A DNA stretch of 64,000 nt from an uncultured bacterium (GCA_937879955.1 CALFMK010000002.1:1175-65174), one strand, 5' to 3'. Shown: positions 18,533 through 28,515, numbered from the stretch's first letter. Notes: generated from the letters alone by a model not told the origin. A program made the numbers and translations.

Positions 18533-18638
18533 CCGCACGGAATACCCGCCCGCGACCACTGGTCGCGGGCGTTTCCTTATCCCCATGGACGCTCTGGAGG
18601 GGAGGCGTATGCTTTGGCTACCCTAACCATTCATACCT

Positions 18639-19178
18639 ATGACCGAAGACCAGCTGATCGGGAAGCGCGTGCCAGACGTGACCTTCAAGACCCGGGTGCG
18701 CGACGAAGCCGTGGGCGGGGAGAACCCGTTCCGCTGGCAGGACGTCACGAGCGACGAGCTCTTCAAGGGTAAGAAGGTGGTGCTGTTCGGCCTTCCGGGC
18801 GCGTTCACGCCGACCTGCTCCTCGACGCACGCGCCGGGCTACGAGAAGAAGTACGACGAGTTCAAGGCGCATGGCGTCGACGACGTCATCTGCCTCTCCG
18901 TGAACGACGCGTTCACGATGTACCAGTGGGGACAGAAGCTCGGCATCTCGAAGGTGCGCATGCTTCCGGACGGGAACGGCGAGTTCACCCAGAAGCTCGG
19001 CATGCTCGTGAAGAAGGAGAACCTCGGGTTCGGCAACCGCTCGTGGCGCTACTCGATCCTCGTTGAGGACGGCGTCATAACGAAGGCGTTCGTCGAGCCG
19101 GGATTCTCCGACAACTGCGAGGAGGATCCGTTCGAGGTCTCTGACGCGGACACCATGCTCGCGGCGCTCTCGGCATAA
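18639..19178 (+). CDS. peroxiredoxin (Prx5-like / AhpC-TSA family)
   Basis: [10 protein letters not shown] peroxidatic-Cys motif; 179 aa. Confidence 0.85.
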   Translation: MTEDQLIGKRVPDVTFKTRVRDEAVGGENPFRWQDVTSDELFKGKKVVLFGLPGAFTPTCSSTHAPGYEKKYDEFKAHGVDDVICLSVNDAFTMYQWGQKLGISKVRMLPDGNGEFTQKLGMLVKKENLGFGNRSWRYSILVEDGVITKAFVEPGFSDNCEEDPFEVSDADTMLAALSA

Positions 19179-19187
19179 GCATCCCGC

Positions 19188-20423
19188 ATGGCTGCATTCG
19201 ACTACTTCAAGCGGAACGTCGGGAAGGCCGCGGACCTGCTTCAGCTCTCGGACGAGGATCGTGCGTCGTTCATGGCGCCTGACCGCGTGCTGAAGGCGGA
19301 CCTCGAGGTCCTGATGGACGACGGGCGGACCGAGACCTATCCCGCGTACCGCGTGCAGTTCGATAACGCGCGCGGCCCGTACAAGGGCGGTATCCGCTTC
19401 CATCCGGACGCGGACGAGGACGAGGTGATGGCGCTCGCCGCGATGATGGCGATCAAGTGCGCGGTCGTGGACATCCCGTTCGGCGGCGCCAAGGGCGGCG
19501 TGACCGTCGACCCGAAGCGCCTCTCTGGCGCTGAGCTCGATCGCCTCGCGCGCGCATACGTCCGCGCGTTCGCTGAGAACCTCGGCCCTGATATTGACGT
19601 GCCAGCGCCTGACGTCTACACGAATCCGACGATCATGGCTGCCATGCTCGACGAGTACGAGGCCGTAACGGGGAAGCCCGCTCCCGCCATGATCACGGGA
19701 AAGCCCCTCGAGAAGGGCGGCATCGTCGGGCGCGACACGGCCACCGCCGACGGCGCGATCTACGTCCTCGAGGCGCTCCTCGAGGATCAGCACCGAAGCC
19801 TCGAGAAGATCGAGGTGGCGGTGCAGGGCGCCGGCAACGCGGGCGCGCAGGCGGCGCACCTCGTCGATACGCACGGCGGGAAGGTGGTGGCGCTCGCGGA
19901 CTCCCGCGGCACGCTTCTGAACGCGGACGGCATCAACGTCGCCGCGGTCCTCGCGCTCAAGGAGGCGGGTAAGTCCGTGCATGACGCGAGCGAGTACGGG
20001 ACCCCCGCGGGCCCCGAGGCCGTGATCACGGCCGCTTGCGACGTGCTCATCCCGGCCGCCCTCGAGGAGGTCGTCACCGGGAAGAACGCGGGGGACGTCA
20101 TGGCGACCGTAGTGCTCGAGGTGGCCAACGGGCCGGTCACGCCCGAGGCGGACGAGCTCCTGACGAGCCGCGCCATCGGCGTGGTGCCGGACGTGCTTGC
20201 GAACGCCGGCGGCGTCACGGTCTCGTACTTCGAATGGCTGCAGAACCGCTCGGGGGAGGCCTGGGACCGTGCCCGCGTCACGGAGCGCCTGCGCGCAACG
20301 ATGCGCGACGCATACCGGGACGTGGCGGATTTCGCGCACGAGCGCGGCATCACGCTGCGCGAGGCCGCGTACGCGCTCGCCCTCACGCGCATACTCGAGG
20401 CGCGCAGCCATACGGAAGGGTAG
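19188..20423 (+). CDS. gdhA: NAD(P)-dependent glutamate dehydrogenase (Glu/Leu/Phe/Val dehydrogenase family)
   Basis: KGGIRFHPDADEDEVMALAAMMAIKCAVVDIPFGGAKGG catalytic region; GAGNAG Rossmann motif. Confidence 0.85.
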   Translation: MAAFDYFKRNVGKAADLLQLSDEDRASFMAPDRVLKADLEVLMDDGRTETYPAYRVQFDNARGPYKGGIRFHPDADEDEVMALAAMMAIKCAVVDIPFGGAKGGVTVDPKRLSGAELDRLARAYVRAFAENLGPDIDVPAPDVYTNPTIMAAMLDEYEAVTGKPAPAMITGKPLEKGGIVGRDTATADGAIYVLEALLEDQHRSLEKIEVAVQGAGNAGAQAAHLVDTHGGKVVALADSRGTLLNADGINVAAVLALKEAGKSVHDASEYGTPAGPEAVITAACDVLIPAALEEVVTGKNAGDVMATVVLEVANGPVTPEADELLTSRAIGVVPDVLANAGGVTVSYFEWLQNRSGEAWDRARVTERLRATMRDAYRDVADFAHERGITLREAAYALALTRILEARSHTEG

Positions 20424-20490
20424 GGGCTAATCCCGTGAACCGAAGGACGCTGCGAACGTGGCGTCTTTCGCCTTTGCTATACTTTCCTTC

Positions 20491-21288
20491 ATGACCCGCC
20501 CCTCTCGCGGCTTCACCTTGATCGAGCTCCTCGTGGTGATCGCCATCATCGGCATTCTCTCGAGTGTCGTCCTCGCGTCGCTGAATACGGCACGAGAGAA
20601 GGCGAGGATCGCGGCGGGGCAGCAGTTCGACGGCTATACGTACAGGACGAGCGGCGCCGATGCGGAAGGGGCGTGGAGTTTCGATGAGGGGACGGGCACG
20701 ACGGTATCAGACCGTGCAGCGAGCCATACAGGGACATTCTCCGGATCTCCGGTGCCCGCATGGACCACCGATACGCCTGACGGCCGCGGCTATGCTCTGG
20801 ATTTCCCGTCAGGCGCGCGCATCACGCTCGCAGGGCCTATAACGACCCCTACGCCGAACATCACTATCACTGCCTGGGTGAAGACAACCGGAGGCGCTAC
20901 GCAGCCCATACTGAGCCTGCGAAGCGGAGGAAACATATATTTCGGAACGGCATCGGGGAAGCTGTATGCCTATGTGAACAATTCGAGCATTCCGGCGATG
21001 AATTCCTCCATATCGATAAACGACGGGAAATGGCACCATGTAGCATGGACCTCCGACGGGAGCACCTCGGTAATGTACATCGATGGAAAGATGGACATTA
21101 CACTTACGAGAACAGGCACCGCGGTTACGAACTCCGTCCCGTATATCGCCTATGATACGGAGTACGCGCCTCCCTTCATCGGGAAGCTCGATGGCGTAGC
21201 GGTGTATTCTCGCACGCTGCTCGCTTCGGATATCGAGAGGCAGTACGCGATGGGTACGCAGCGATTAGCGCTTAGCATGACGCCATGA
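20491..21288 (+). CDS. type IV pilin-like protein with a C-terminal LamG/concanavalin-like domain
   Basis: Leader MTRPSRG|FTLIELLVVIAIIGILS; C-terminal ITITAWVKT...KWHHVAWTSDGSTSVMYIDGK typical of the LamG fold; alternative GTG start at 20458. Confidence 0.7.
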   Translation: MTRPSRGFTLIELLVVIAIIGILSSVVLASLNTAREKARIAAGQQFDGYTYRTSGADAEGAWSFDEGTGTTVSDRAASHTGTFSGSPVPAWTTDTPDGRGYALDFPSGARITLAGPITTPTPNITITAWVKTTGGATQPILSLRSGGNIYFGTASGKLYAYVNNSSIPAMNSSISINDGKWHHVAWTSDGSTSVMYIDGKMDITLTRTGTAVTNSVPYIAYDTEYAPPFIGKLDGVAVYSRTLLASDIERQYAMGTQRLALSMTP

Positions 21289-21896
21289 TCCTCCCAAGCA
21301 TATCTGTCGTAGAGAATCAGGCTCGACGGAAGGGTGGCTTCACCCTCATCGAGCTCCTCGTGGTGATCGCGATCATCGGCATACTCTCGTCGGTGGTGCT
21401 CGCGTCTTTGAACACGGCACGGGCGAAAGCACGTGACGCGCGCCGCATGGCGGACGTGAAGCAGGTCTCGCTCGCACTCGAGCTCAACAGGGATGCGGCC
21501 GGCTCCTATCCTGACTTCACCATAGCTGCTCCTCGCGAAAGCTCCTGCTTCACGGGCGGCAGCGGAAGCGTGGCGGTAGGGCAGTGGGACACGATACTGG
21601 CTCCGATCGTTTCTGCCGGATATCTCGCGGGCGTGCCGCGGGACCCGAGGAACGACGGTCTCGTGTCCGGCGTGCCGGCACCGCAGTACTGCTACACGTA
21701 CTACCGCAATACCGGGGGTACGAGCCTGTACGACGCTTGCCGGAACAAGCAGACCGGCGAGATCCTCTACGCGAGGGACTACGAGTACTTCATCTACTAC
21801 TCCCTGGAGAACGCGAGCTCCTCACTGTACACGCTGAACTGGAACGGGTCCGCGAACCCGCCGGCGAACGCTTGCTTCCTCGGTCCGCGCCGGTAG
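21285..21896 (+). CDS. type IV pilin-like protein
   Basis: ...RRKGGFTLIELLVVIAIIGILS; its ATGA overlaps the stop of the upstream pilin gene. Confidence 0.7.
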   Translation: MILPSISVVENQARRKGGFTLIELLVVIAIIGILSSVVLASLNTARAKARDARRMADVKQVSLALELNRDAAGSYPDFTIAAPRESSCFTGGSGSVAVGQWDTILAPIVSAGYLAGVPRDPRNDGLVSGVPAPQYCYTYYRNTGGTSLYDACRNKQTGEILYARDYEYFIYYSLENASSSLYTLNWNGSANPPANACFLGPRR

Positions 21897-21929
21897 GGAA
21901 GCGACCCGTCGTTCTTGTATACTCAGGAC

Positions 21930-22436
21930 ATGAAAGGGAGAAAGGCAGCCGGCTTTACCCTCATCGAGCTCCTCGTGGTAATCGCGATCATCGGCGTGCT
22001 CTCGACTGTCATACTTGCATCGCTCAGCGCCGCGCGCTCGCGCAGCTACGACGCGCAGCGCGTCGCCAACATGCGCCAGGTACAGAAGGCGCTCGAGGCG
22101 TATGCGATCGACCATGATGGGAAGTATCCTGTGAGGACCGGCGGCAACTGGAACGGAACATGCAGCGCATGGGTCTCGCTCCCGCGCGATAGCGCGATCC
22201 CGAACCTCGTCTCGGAGGGCTACATGTCGCAGCTACCGCTCGATCCCGAAGTGAACCCGGCGACGAGCAAGTGCTGCTATCTCTATAATTCTTTTGATGG
22301 AAACGATTACAAGTACCTGATGTACGACTGCCCGACCTCGAAGGCGTGCTATGGCGCCGGCAGGAACATGTCGCTGAGCGATCCGGTGAGGTCCAACGCG
22401 TGCGCTGTGTACTCGCCTGGATACGCAAGCTTCTGA
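21930..22436 (+). CDS. type IV pilin-like protein
   Basis: MKGRKAAGFTLIELLVVIAIIGVLS; the ORF-track TTG start at 21915 is less likely. Confidence 0.7.
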   Translation: MKGRKAAGFTLIELLVVIAIIGVLSTVILASLSAARSRSYDAQRVANMRQVQKALEAYAIDHDGKYPVRTGGNWNGTCSAWVSLPRDSAIPNLVSEGYMSQLPLDPEVNPATSKCCYLYNSFDGNDYKYLMYDCPTSKACYGAGRNMSLSDPVRSNACAVYSPGYASF

Positions 22437-22485
22437 TTCTTAAAGAGAAAGCGCCCGCACATGCGGGCGCTTTCTTCGTATGGCT

Positions 22486-24450
22486 CTACGCCTGCTTCAC
22501 GATCGCGAAGTCGAGCTCGCGCTCCGGAAGCCTCGCGGCCATGAGCTTCACCCTGATCGGGTCGCCGAGCGCGTACGAAGTCTTCGTGCGCTCGCCGATG
22601 AGGCGGTACCGCTTCTCGTCGTAGACGAAGTAGTCGTCGCCGATGTCGCGCACGCGGATCATGCCCTCGGCACGGGTCTCCTTGAGCTCCACGAAGAGGC
22701 CGCGGTCGGAAACGCCCGAGATCACGGCGTCGAACTCCTCGCCGATGTGCTCGCTCATGAACTCCACCACCTTCATCTTGATGGAATCGCGCTCGGCTTC
22801 CACGGCTGCCGCCTCGCGTTCGGACGAATGGACGGCGAGCTGATCGAGCTCGGCTTGCTCCGCCTTCGTGAACTCGCCGTTCACGGTGTAGTGCTTCGTG
22901 AGGCGGTGGACGAGGAGGTCGGGGTAGCGGCGGATCGGGGAGGTGAAGTGCGTGTAAAACTCGAACGCGAGGCCGAAGTGCCCGATGTTACGGGTCGTGT
23001 ACACGGCCTTCGCCATGGAGCGGAGCGTCGCGGTCTTGATGAGGTACTCCTCGGGCTTTCCCTCGACCGCGGCGAGGAGCTTGTTCATGTCGTCGCCCTT
23101 CACCTTGCCGGCCTGGACGGGGAGGTCGTATCCCATGACCTTCAGGAACTGCGAGAGGGTCTCGATGCGATCGGCGTCAGGAGTGTCATGCACGCGGTAG
23201 ATGCTCGACGTGCGGTCCTTCTTTACTTGTTCGAAGAGGTACTCGGCCACGGCCTCGTTCGCGAGCAGCATGAAGTCCTCGATCACGAGCATGGTGTCGA
23301 TGCGGGTCTTGAGCACGATGTCGGTAGGCTTGCCGGTCTCGTCGATGAGCACCTTCACCTCCGGGGTGTCGAAGGAGATCGCGCCCTTCGCGGTCCTGCG
23401 CGCGCGGATCTGGTCCGCGAGCATCTTGAGGATGTTGAGCTCCTCGAGCATCTCGCCCGACTGGTTCGTGAGGACCTCCTGCGCGTTCTCGTACGTGAAG
23501 CGCTTGTCGGAGTGGATCACGGTAGGGCCGAACCAGCGCGAGACGATGCCGGCGTTGCGGTCGAGCTCGAAGACGGCGGACATGGAGAGACGGTCCTCGT
23601 TCGGGTTGAGCGAGCAGAGGTCGGTCGAGAGGATGTGCGGGAGCATCGGGATCGTGCGGTCCACGAGGTATACCGAGGTGGCGCGCTTCCTCGCCTCGTC
23701 GTCGATCGCGGTGCCGGGGACCACGAAGTGGGACACGTCCGCGATGTGGACGCCGATCTCGTAGTTGCCGTTCGGGAGCGTCTTCACCGAGAGCGCGTCG
23801 TCGAAGTCCTTCGCGTCGAACGGGTCGATGGTGAAGGTCGGGGTGCCGCGGAAGTCCTTGCGAGTGCCGGCCTTGATGCCTTCCTCCGCGCCGCTAGCTA
23901 GCATCTCCCTCCCATGCTCCTCGAGGTACTGCGCCTCCTTCATGACGCCGGGCGGGAAGTCGGAGCGGAAGCCCTGGGAGAGCGCGAGCGCGCGCATCTC
24001 GGTCTCGTGCTCGCCTGCCGGGCCGATGATCTCCTCGAGGGTGCCCCACGGGTACGGCTGGTGCTTGTTCCATCCCTGGAAGCGGATCACCACCTTCTGG
24101 CCGAGCGGGAGGGACTCGCCCTTCACCACGAACGGCACGTACATCTTCTTCCAGTCGGGCACGAGCATCGTGAGGTTCTCCTCCTTGTTCTCGACGAGGG
24201 TGCCCACGAACGTCTCGCGGCTCCGGGCCGTGACCTCCACGACCTTGCCCGCCGCCCGCTTCTTGCCGGTGCGCGCGTCGGTGTCGTAGCCGATGAACTC
24301 CACCTTCACGGTGTCGCCAGGGAAGGCGCCGCCCAGGTTCTCGCCGGCGATGAAGAGGTCCTCCTGCTCCGGGTCATAGGTGAAGAATCCCTTGCCTGTC
24401 TTGATGATAGTGATCGGCCCCTCGTACGTCGTGTCTTTCTTGAGTTCCAT
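22486..24450 (-). CDS. rnr: ribonuclease R / exoribonuclease II family (3'-5')
   Basis: OB-fold N-terminus, RNB catalytic domain (DPFDAKDFDDALSV, HIADVSHFV) and C-terminal S1; start at MELKKD (24450), the ORF-track extension to 24669 is unsupported. Confidence 0.85.
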   Translation of the reverse strand: MELKKDTTYEGPITIIKTGKGFFTYDPEQEDLFIAGENLGGAFPGDTVKVEFIGYDTDARTGKKRAAGKVVEVTARSRETFVGTLVENKEENLTMLVPDWKKMYVPFVVKGESLPLGQKVVIRFQGWNKHQPYPWGTLEEIIGPAGEHETEMRALALSQGFRSDFPPGVMKEAQYLEEHGREMLASGAEEGIKAGTRKDFRGTPTFTIDPFDAKDFDDALSVKTLPNGNYEIGVHIADVSHFVVPGTAIDDEARKRATSVYLVDRTIPMLPHILSTDLCSLNPNEDRLSMSAVFELDRNAGIVSRWFGPTVIHSDKRFTYENAQEVLTNQSGEMLEELNILKMLADQIRARRTAKGAISFDTPEVKVLIDETGKPTDIVLKTRIDTMLVIEDFMLLANEAVAEYLFEQVKKDRTSSIYRVHDTPDADRIETLSQFLKVMGYDLPVQAGKVKGDDMNKLLAAVEGKPEEYLIKTATLRSMAKAVYTTRNIGHFGLAFEFYTHFTSPIRRYPDLLVHRLTKHYTVNGEFTKAEQAELDQLAVHSSEREAAAVEAERDSIKMKVVEFMSEHIGEEFDAVISGVSDRGLFVELKETRAEGMIRVRDIGDDYFVYDEKRYRLIGERTKTSYALGDPIRVKLMAARLPERELDFAIVKQA

Positions 24451-24578
24451 GGTCCTTAGACTGTAGCAGATAGGCGCTGTTATGCTATGATGCCGCGGTG
24501 CTGCCGACATGCGGTTGCCTCCACACCGACCGTGGCAGCTGAGCTCAGTGCTGGCCCCAGCCAGCGAGCTCGACCGAG

Positions 24579-24666
24579 AGACGGGTCCCGGGGCCTGACC
24601 CCGCCCTCGACAGGGGACGATCAGCTCCGCCCCCAGCTGACGATCGTCCCTGGGGGACCCGTCTCT
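24579..24666 (+). other. 88-nt nested inverted-repeat element (outer 11-bp stem gagacgggtcc/ggacccgtctc enclosing a 9-bp stem gggacgatc/gatcgtccc and a cgggg/ccccg hairpin) in the rnr-rpsP intergenic region
   Basis: Perfect inverted repeats read directly; followed at 24699..24726 by the hairpin gcgcctgacc/ggtcaggcgc then tttcc. Confidence 0.4.
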
Positions 24667-24698
24667 CACCCCGCTTCGTACCTTCGTGCACCTCCCGC

Positions 24699-24726
24699 GC
24701 CTGACCCTCGGTCAGGCGCTTTCCAT
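24699..24726 (+). terminator. intrinsic terminator/attenuator-like hairpin 50 nt upstream of the rpsP start
   Basis: 10-bp perfect stem gcgcctgacc-ctc-ggtcaggcgc followed by tttcc on the plus strand. Confidence 0.45.
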
Positions 24727-24774
24727 AGCCTCGTTTGACCCGGTACCTACTATCTGGTACGCTTCCCGCTACAT

Positions 24775-25257
24775 ATGTTGATGATCCGATTCCAGCGCAT
24801 TGGCCGCAAGAACGACGCCGCTTTCCGCATGGCCGTGCTCGAGAAGACCGCCGGACCTAAGGCGGGCAAGTACGTCGACCTCGTCGGCACCTACAACCCG
24901 AAGACCAAGCAGATTACCTACAAGGCAGACCGCATCCAGGACTGGGTGAAGAAGGGAGCGCAGGTATCGCCATCCCTCAAGAACCTCCTTATCAAGAACG
25001 GCGTGCTCGAGGGCGAGAAGTCCGCGAAGGTCGTCTCGAAGAAGAACCTCGAGAAGAACATCCTGAAGGCGAAGGCAGAGGCCGAGGCCGCAGCGGCGAA
25101 GGCCGCCGAGGAGAAGGCGAAGGAGGAGGCCGCAGCAGCGAAGGCAGCCGAGGAGGCAGCCGCCGCAGCCGCTGAGGCCGCAGCTGCTCCTGCAGCAGAG
25201 GAAGCGCCCGCAGAGGCAGCTCCAGAGGAGACCAAGGAAGAGGAGGCAGCTGCGTAA
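24775..25257 (+). CDS. rpsP: 30S ribosomal protein S16 with an Ala/Glu/Lys-rich C-terminal extension
   Basis: MIRFQRIGRKNDAAFRMAVLEK...YNPKT matches the bS16 N-terminus; long low-complexity tail. Confidence 0.85.
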   Translation: MLMIRFQRIGRKNDAAFRMAVLEKTAGPKAGKYVDLVGTYNPKTKQITYKADRIQDWVKKGAQVSPSLKNLLIKNGVLEGEKSAKVVSKKNLEKNILKAKAEAEAAAAKAAEEKAKEEAAAAKAAEEAAAAAAEAAAAPAAEEAPAEAAPEETKEEEAAA

Positions 25258-25325
25258 GCTGCATCCCTGACGGGCCCTCATCCGTCTTACCCGTACCGAA
25301 TATCCTGACCCGCCGCAACGACCCT

Positions 25326-25634
25326 ATGGAACAAGACCACGCATACCTCGATTTCACTATCAAAGCGCTCGTCGACAATCCCGACAGCGTCGTGATCACC
25401 CGCTCGGTAGACGAGATGGGCGTCCTCCTCACGCTCACGGTAGCCCCTGAGGACATGGGCAAGATCATCGGCAAGGACGGGAACATCGCGAAGGCGATCC
25501 GCACCCTGCTGCGCGTCGTCGGCATGAAGCACAACGCGCGCGTGAACCTCAAGATCAACGAGCCGATGGGCGGCAAGCACTTCGAGACGGGCGAGAACAA
25601 GACGCTCGACCAGGTGCTCGGGGACATCCAGTAA
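25326..25634 (+). CDS. KH-domain RNA-binding protein (YlqC/UPF0109-like)
   Basis: KH GXXG region MGKIIGKDGNIAKAIRTLLR; conserved position between rpsP and trmD. Confidence 0.75.
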   Translation: MEQDHAYLDFTIKALVDNPDSVVITRSVDEMGVLLTLTVAPEDMGKIIGKDGNIAKAIRTLLRVVGMKHNARVNLKINEPMGGKHFETGENKTLDQVLGDIQ

Positions 25635-25676
25635 GAGAGAGCGGCGCGAGCCGCTCTTTTCCGCTACTATCTATCC

Positions 25677-26366
25677 ATGATCCGATTCCATCTCGTCACC
25701 CTCTTCCCGGAAGCCTGCGAAGCCTACCTGTCGGCGTCGATCCTCGGCCGCGCCCGCGCAGCCAAGAAGATGCGCGTCGACTACCAGTCCCCGCGCACCT
25801 ACGTCACGAACCGCTGGGGCAAGGTGGACGAGCGCCCGTACGGGGGAGGCCCTGGCATGGTGATGACGGCACTGCCCGTCGCGAAGGCGATCAAGAAGTC
25901 GCTCGGCCGCCGCAAAGGCAAGAAGGCCATCATCTGGTTCAGTCCTACCGGCAAGCAGTTCACGAACAAGGACGCGGACAGCCTCCTCAAGTTCGAGGAG
26001 ATCGTCTTCGTCTGCGGCCGCTACGAGGGCATCGACGAGCGCGCGAAGCTCATGGCGAAGACCATGGGCACCGTGAAGACGTTCGCGGTAGGCGAGGCGG
26101 TCTATACCGGAGGCGAGGTCCCTGCGCTCGCCATGGTGGATGCGATAACGCGCCGCATCCCCGGCGTGCTCGGGAAGGACGAGTCGGTGGAGGAGCGCCG
26201 GTTAGCTGCGCCTGACGTCTACACCCGTCCGGAAGCCATCGAGTGGGAAGGGAAGTCCTACAAGGTCCCGCCCGTGCTCAAGACCGGCGACCACAAGAAG
26301 ATCGACGCGTACCGCGCGAAGAAGCTCGCGGGCACCGTGAAGGCGAAGAAGGCCGCGGACGCGTAA
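25677..26366 (+). CDS. trmD: tRNA (guanine37-N1)-methyltransferase
   Basis: MIRFHLVTLFPE... SPOUT-fold N-terminus; CGRYEGIDER motif; 229 aa. Confidence 0.9.
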   Translation: MIRFHLVTLFPEACEAYLSASILGRARAAKKMRVDYQSPRTYVTNRWGKVDERPYGGGPGMVMTALPVAKAIKKSLGRRKGKKAIIWFSPTGKQFTNKDADSLLKFEEIVFVCGRYEGIDERAKLMAKTMGTVKTFAVGEAVYTGGEVPALAMVDAITRRIPGVLGKDESVEERRLAAPDVYTRPEAIEWEGKSYKVPPVLKTGDHKKIDAYRAKKLAGTVKAKKAADA

Positions 26367-26461
26367 TCCACCGCGCTCGCTTCATGAACGTGCGCCCATA
26401 GCGTATAGTTCCCGAGCGAACCTGGTGTTCAGGATGTCGCACGCACATTGTTGGAGGGAAT

Positions 26462-27022
26462 ATGGACGTGAAGTATTACGTCGTCGTGAGCGCTGGACTC
26501 AGCATCCTCGCGGCGATCCTTTTTCATTTCTGGGGAAGCCACGTGCATCCCGGCGCCACGCTCCTCGTGATGGGCTTGCTCGTCGCCGGGGTCGGCCTGG
26601 GGTCTTCGTCCGGGCAGCCGTCGCCGCTCAACCGGTTCGACCGGTTCATCTCGGCGCTCGCGCTCGGCCTGCTGTTTCTGGCCGTCGGTGTCGGGATCGT
26701 GCCGTTCGACGGATGGGACATCGTGAGGGTGCTCGTGAGCTCCTTCGTGGCGATCGTCGCCGGCTTCGTGCTCATGACGGAGCCTCCGTTCGAATCCCGT
26801 GTGTACGGGAAGCGGGAGAAGTTCTGCATGGTCAGCGCGACGGCGGTCCCGGTGCTCGGGCTCGCGGCCGTCACGTCGTTTGCGGGATCGCTCCCGCTCC
26901 AGAACGTGATGGCCCTGTGGGTGACCCTCATCGGCGCCCCGTCGCTCCTCGTATGGTTCGCGGCGCCGAGCATCCCGGCAGAACGCCGGCAGCAGCCGGT
27001 TCCGGCAAAGCAGGCGGCATAA
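26462..27022 (+). CDS. hypothetical multi-pass membrane protein
   Basis: RBS ggaggga; at least 5 hydrophobic segments; 186 aa. Confidence 0.45.
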   Translation: MDVKYYVVVSAGLSILAAILFHFWGSHVHPGATLLVMGLLVAGVGLGSSSGQPSPLNRFDRFISALALGLLFLAVGVGIVPFDGWDIVRVLVSSFVAIVAGFVLMTEPPFESRVYGKREKFCMVSATAVPVLGLAAVTSFAGSLPLQNVMALWVTLIGAPSLLVWFAAPSIPAERRQQPVPAKQAA

Positions 27023-27170
27023 GCCGCAGGCAGGGCGGTCTCCAGTATGGAGGCCGCCTTTTACCGTTCAGGGTATTGCGCAACGATTCCTGATATTGAC
27101 AAGATACACCTTTCGTGCATAATATGAGACGAGCCTGGACATCCAGGAAGTCACATGAGGGGATACCGTC

Positions 27171-27533
27171 ATGTCCGGTATGTATCTTGTCGTATGGGGC
27201 CTTGTTTGCGTTTCGATCGCTTCGTTCCAGTTCTGCGCGTGGCAGCGATGGCTTCCGAGTCTCCCTGTCGCACGCGTCGTCCTCGTGCTGGCGTTCGAGA
27301 TCGGCGTGGCCACGGTCGTGGTCCTGGCGCTCGGCATCGCGCCGGTACCAGTCATCGCGAGCCTGATCATCGGGACCGCGCTGAGCATCTTCTACGAGAA
27401 GGTGATCCGTTCCTGGATCTACCGCCAGGTCGAGCAAGGGAAGCTGAATCACCCTCGCTCGTCCACGGCCTTCCCGGACATCTCCGGGCCCGATCCGGAC
27501 CGGCCGGGACAGCACTACAATGTCCTGACCTGA
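27171..27533 (+). CDS. hypothetical membrane protein
   Basis: Three hydrophobic segments; 120 aa. Confidence 0.4.
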   Translation: MSGMYLVVWGLVCVSIASFQFCAWQRWLPSLPVARVVLVLAFEIGVATVVVLALGIAPVPVIASLIIGTALSIFYEKVIRSWIYRQVEQGKLNHPRSSTAFPDISGPDPDRPGQHYNVLT

Positions 27534-27590
27534 CCGGATCCCGGTACCCTAAGGCGGCTTTCCTCACGGAAGCCGCCTTTTACTATTTCT

Positions 27591-28256
27591 ATGGACAACG
27601 CTATCGGGGAAGCGCATACTCGCGCGCAGAGCCCGATCAACGGGCATAGGGAGGAACAGATGCTTGAGAACGTGTTTATTCAACGCTTCGGATTCTTGCT
27701 CGCGGCGGCATTTCTGCTCGCCTCGCTCGCGGCCGGAAGCCTTTCCGGCCTGTACGGCTGGGATATCGCCCGGTCCATGCGTGTCGTGGCTGACATCGGG
27801 ACCTACGTCTCAATCGCCGCGCTCGCCGTGTTCGCGATCGCGGCGGCGGCCTGCGTCGTCATGAAGAGGTCCGCGGATCATGCGCGGGTGGCAATCGCCT
27901 GGTGTGTCATCGTCTTGATGGTCTTCCGTGCGATCGTGCCGCTCGAGGGCGGTTCGAGCCTGCTCGCGACCATCATCGTGGCGTTCTTCGCGCCTGTTGT
28001 TACGACGTTCGTGGCCATGCTCCTGGTGCCGCAGAAGCGCCACCTGCTGCCGTACCATAAGCGGATGGCGTTCATCCTTTGCGCGGTCGCCCCGGGTGTG
28101 GCTGCCGTCCTGGCCTGGCACCTGGGCTTCGGTCTGGCATGGGGCGCGAACGCGCCTCTCGCAGCCGGCATCGTGGCTGCGCTTCTCGGGGTGTCTGCGC
28201 TCCTGGTCCCGCATCTCTCGAGGCACGAGCCTGAAGAGACGGACGCGATGGCGTGA
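27591..28256 (+). CDS. hypothetical multi-pass membrane protein
   Basis: About 6 TM segments; 221 aa; the start could instead be MLENVF at ~27660. Confidence 0.45.
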   Translation: MDNAIGEAHTRAQSPINGHREEQMLENVFIQRFGFLLAAAFLLASLAAGSLSGLYGWDIARSMRVVADIGTYVSIAALAVFAIAAAACVVMKRSADHARVAIAWCVIVLMVFRAIVPLEGGSSLLATIIVAFFAPVVTTFVAMLLVPQKRHLLPYHKRMAFILCAVAPGVAAVLAWHLGFGLAWGANAPLAAGIVAALLGVSALLVPHLSRHEPEETDAMA

Positions 28257-28330
28257 GTCATATGAAGGCGGTTTCCTCTCGGAAACCGCCTTTTCCTTTG
28301 GTCCGGACAGGGAACCCTGATATCCCCGGG

Positions 28331-28360
28331 TTGACGGTACCAGATCCTTCATCGTATATT
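28331..28360 (+). promoter_or_regulatory. sigma70-like promoter of rpoB (TTGACG, 18 nt spacer, TATATT) followed by an ~150 nt leader
   Basis: Hexamers read directly; the leader contains the perfect hairpin ggcacgta-cgta-tacgtgcc at 28454..28473. Confidence 0.4.
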
Positions 28361-28515
28361 TACCTTACGACTGAGTAACGACGGCACGACGGGTTCGGGG
28401 CAGAAAATCAGGGTTTTATTTTAAAAACAGCGTCTCCTAAGAACGAGGGGCGCGGCACGTACGTATACGTGCCCATTCGGCGTTTAGGGAGACACCGTAA
28501 CCATACGAAACTGAC

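Noticed and set aside
22480-24459. 473, 187, 174 and 181 aa plus-strand ORFs across rnr; likewise 16029..17458 and 17471..18356 minus ORFs across smc, 14642..15301 across rnc, and 62629..63780 across the FAD oxidase
   Set aside because: All are opposite-strand shadows of well-supported genes in high-GC DNA, with low-complexity composition, no RBS and no motifs.
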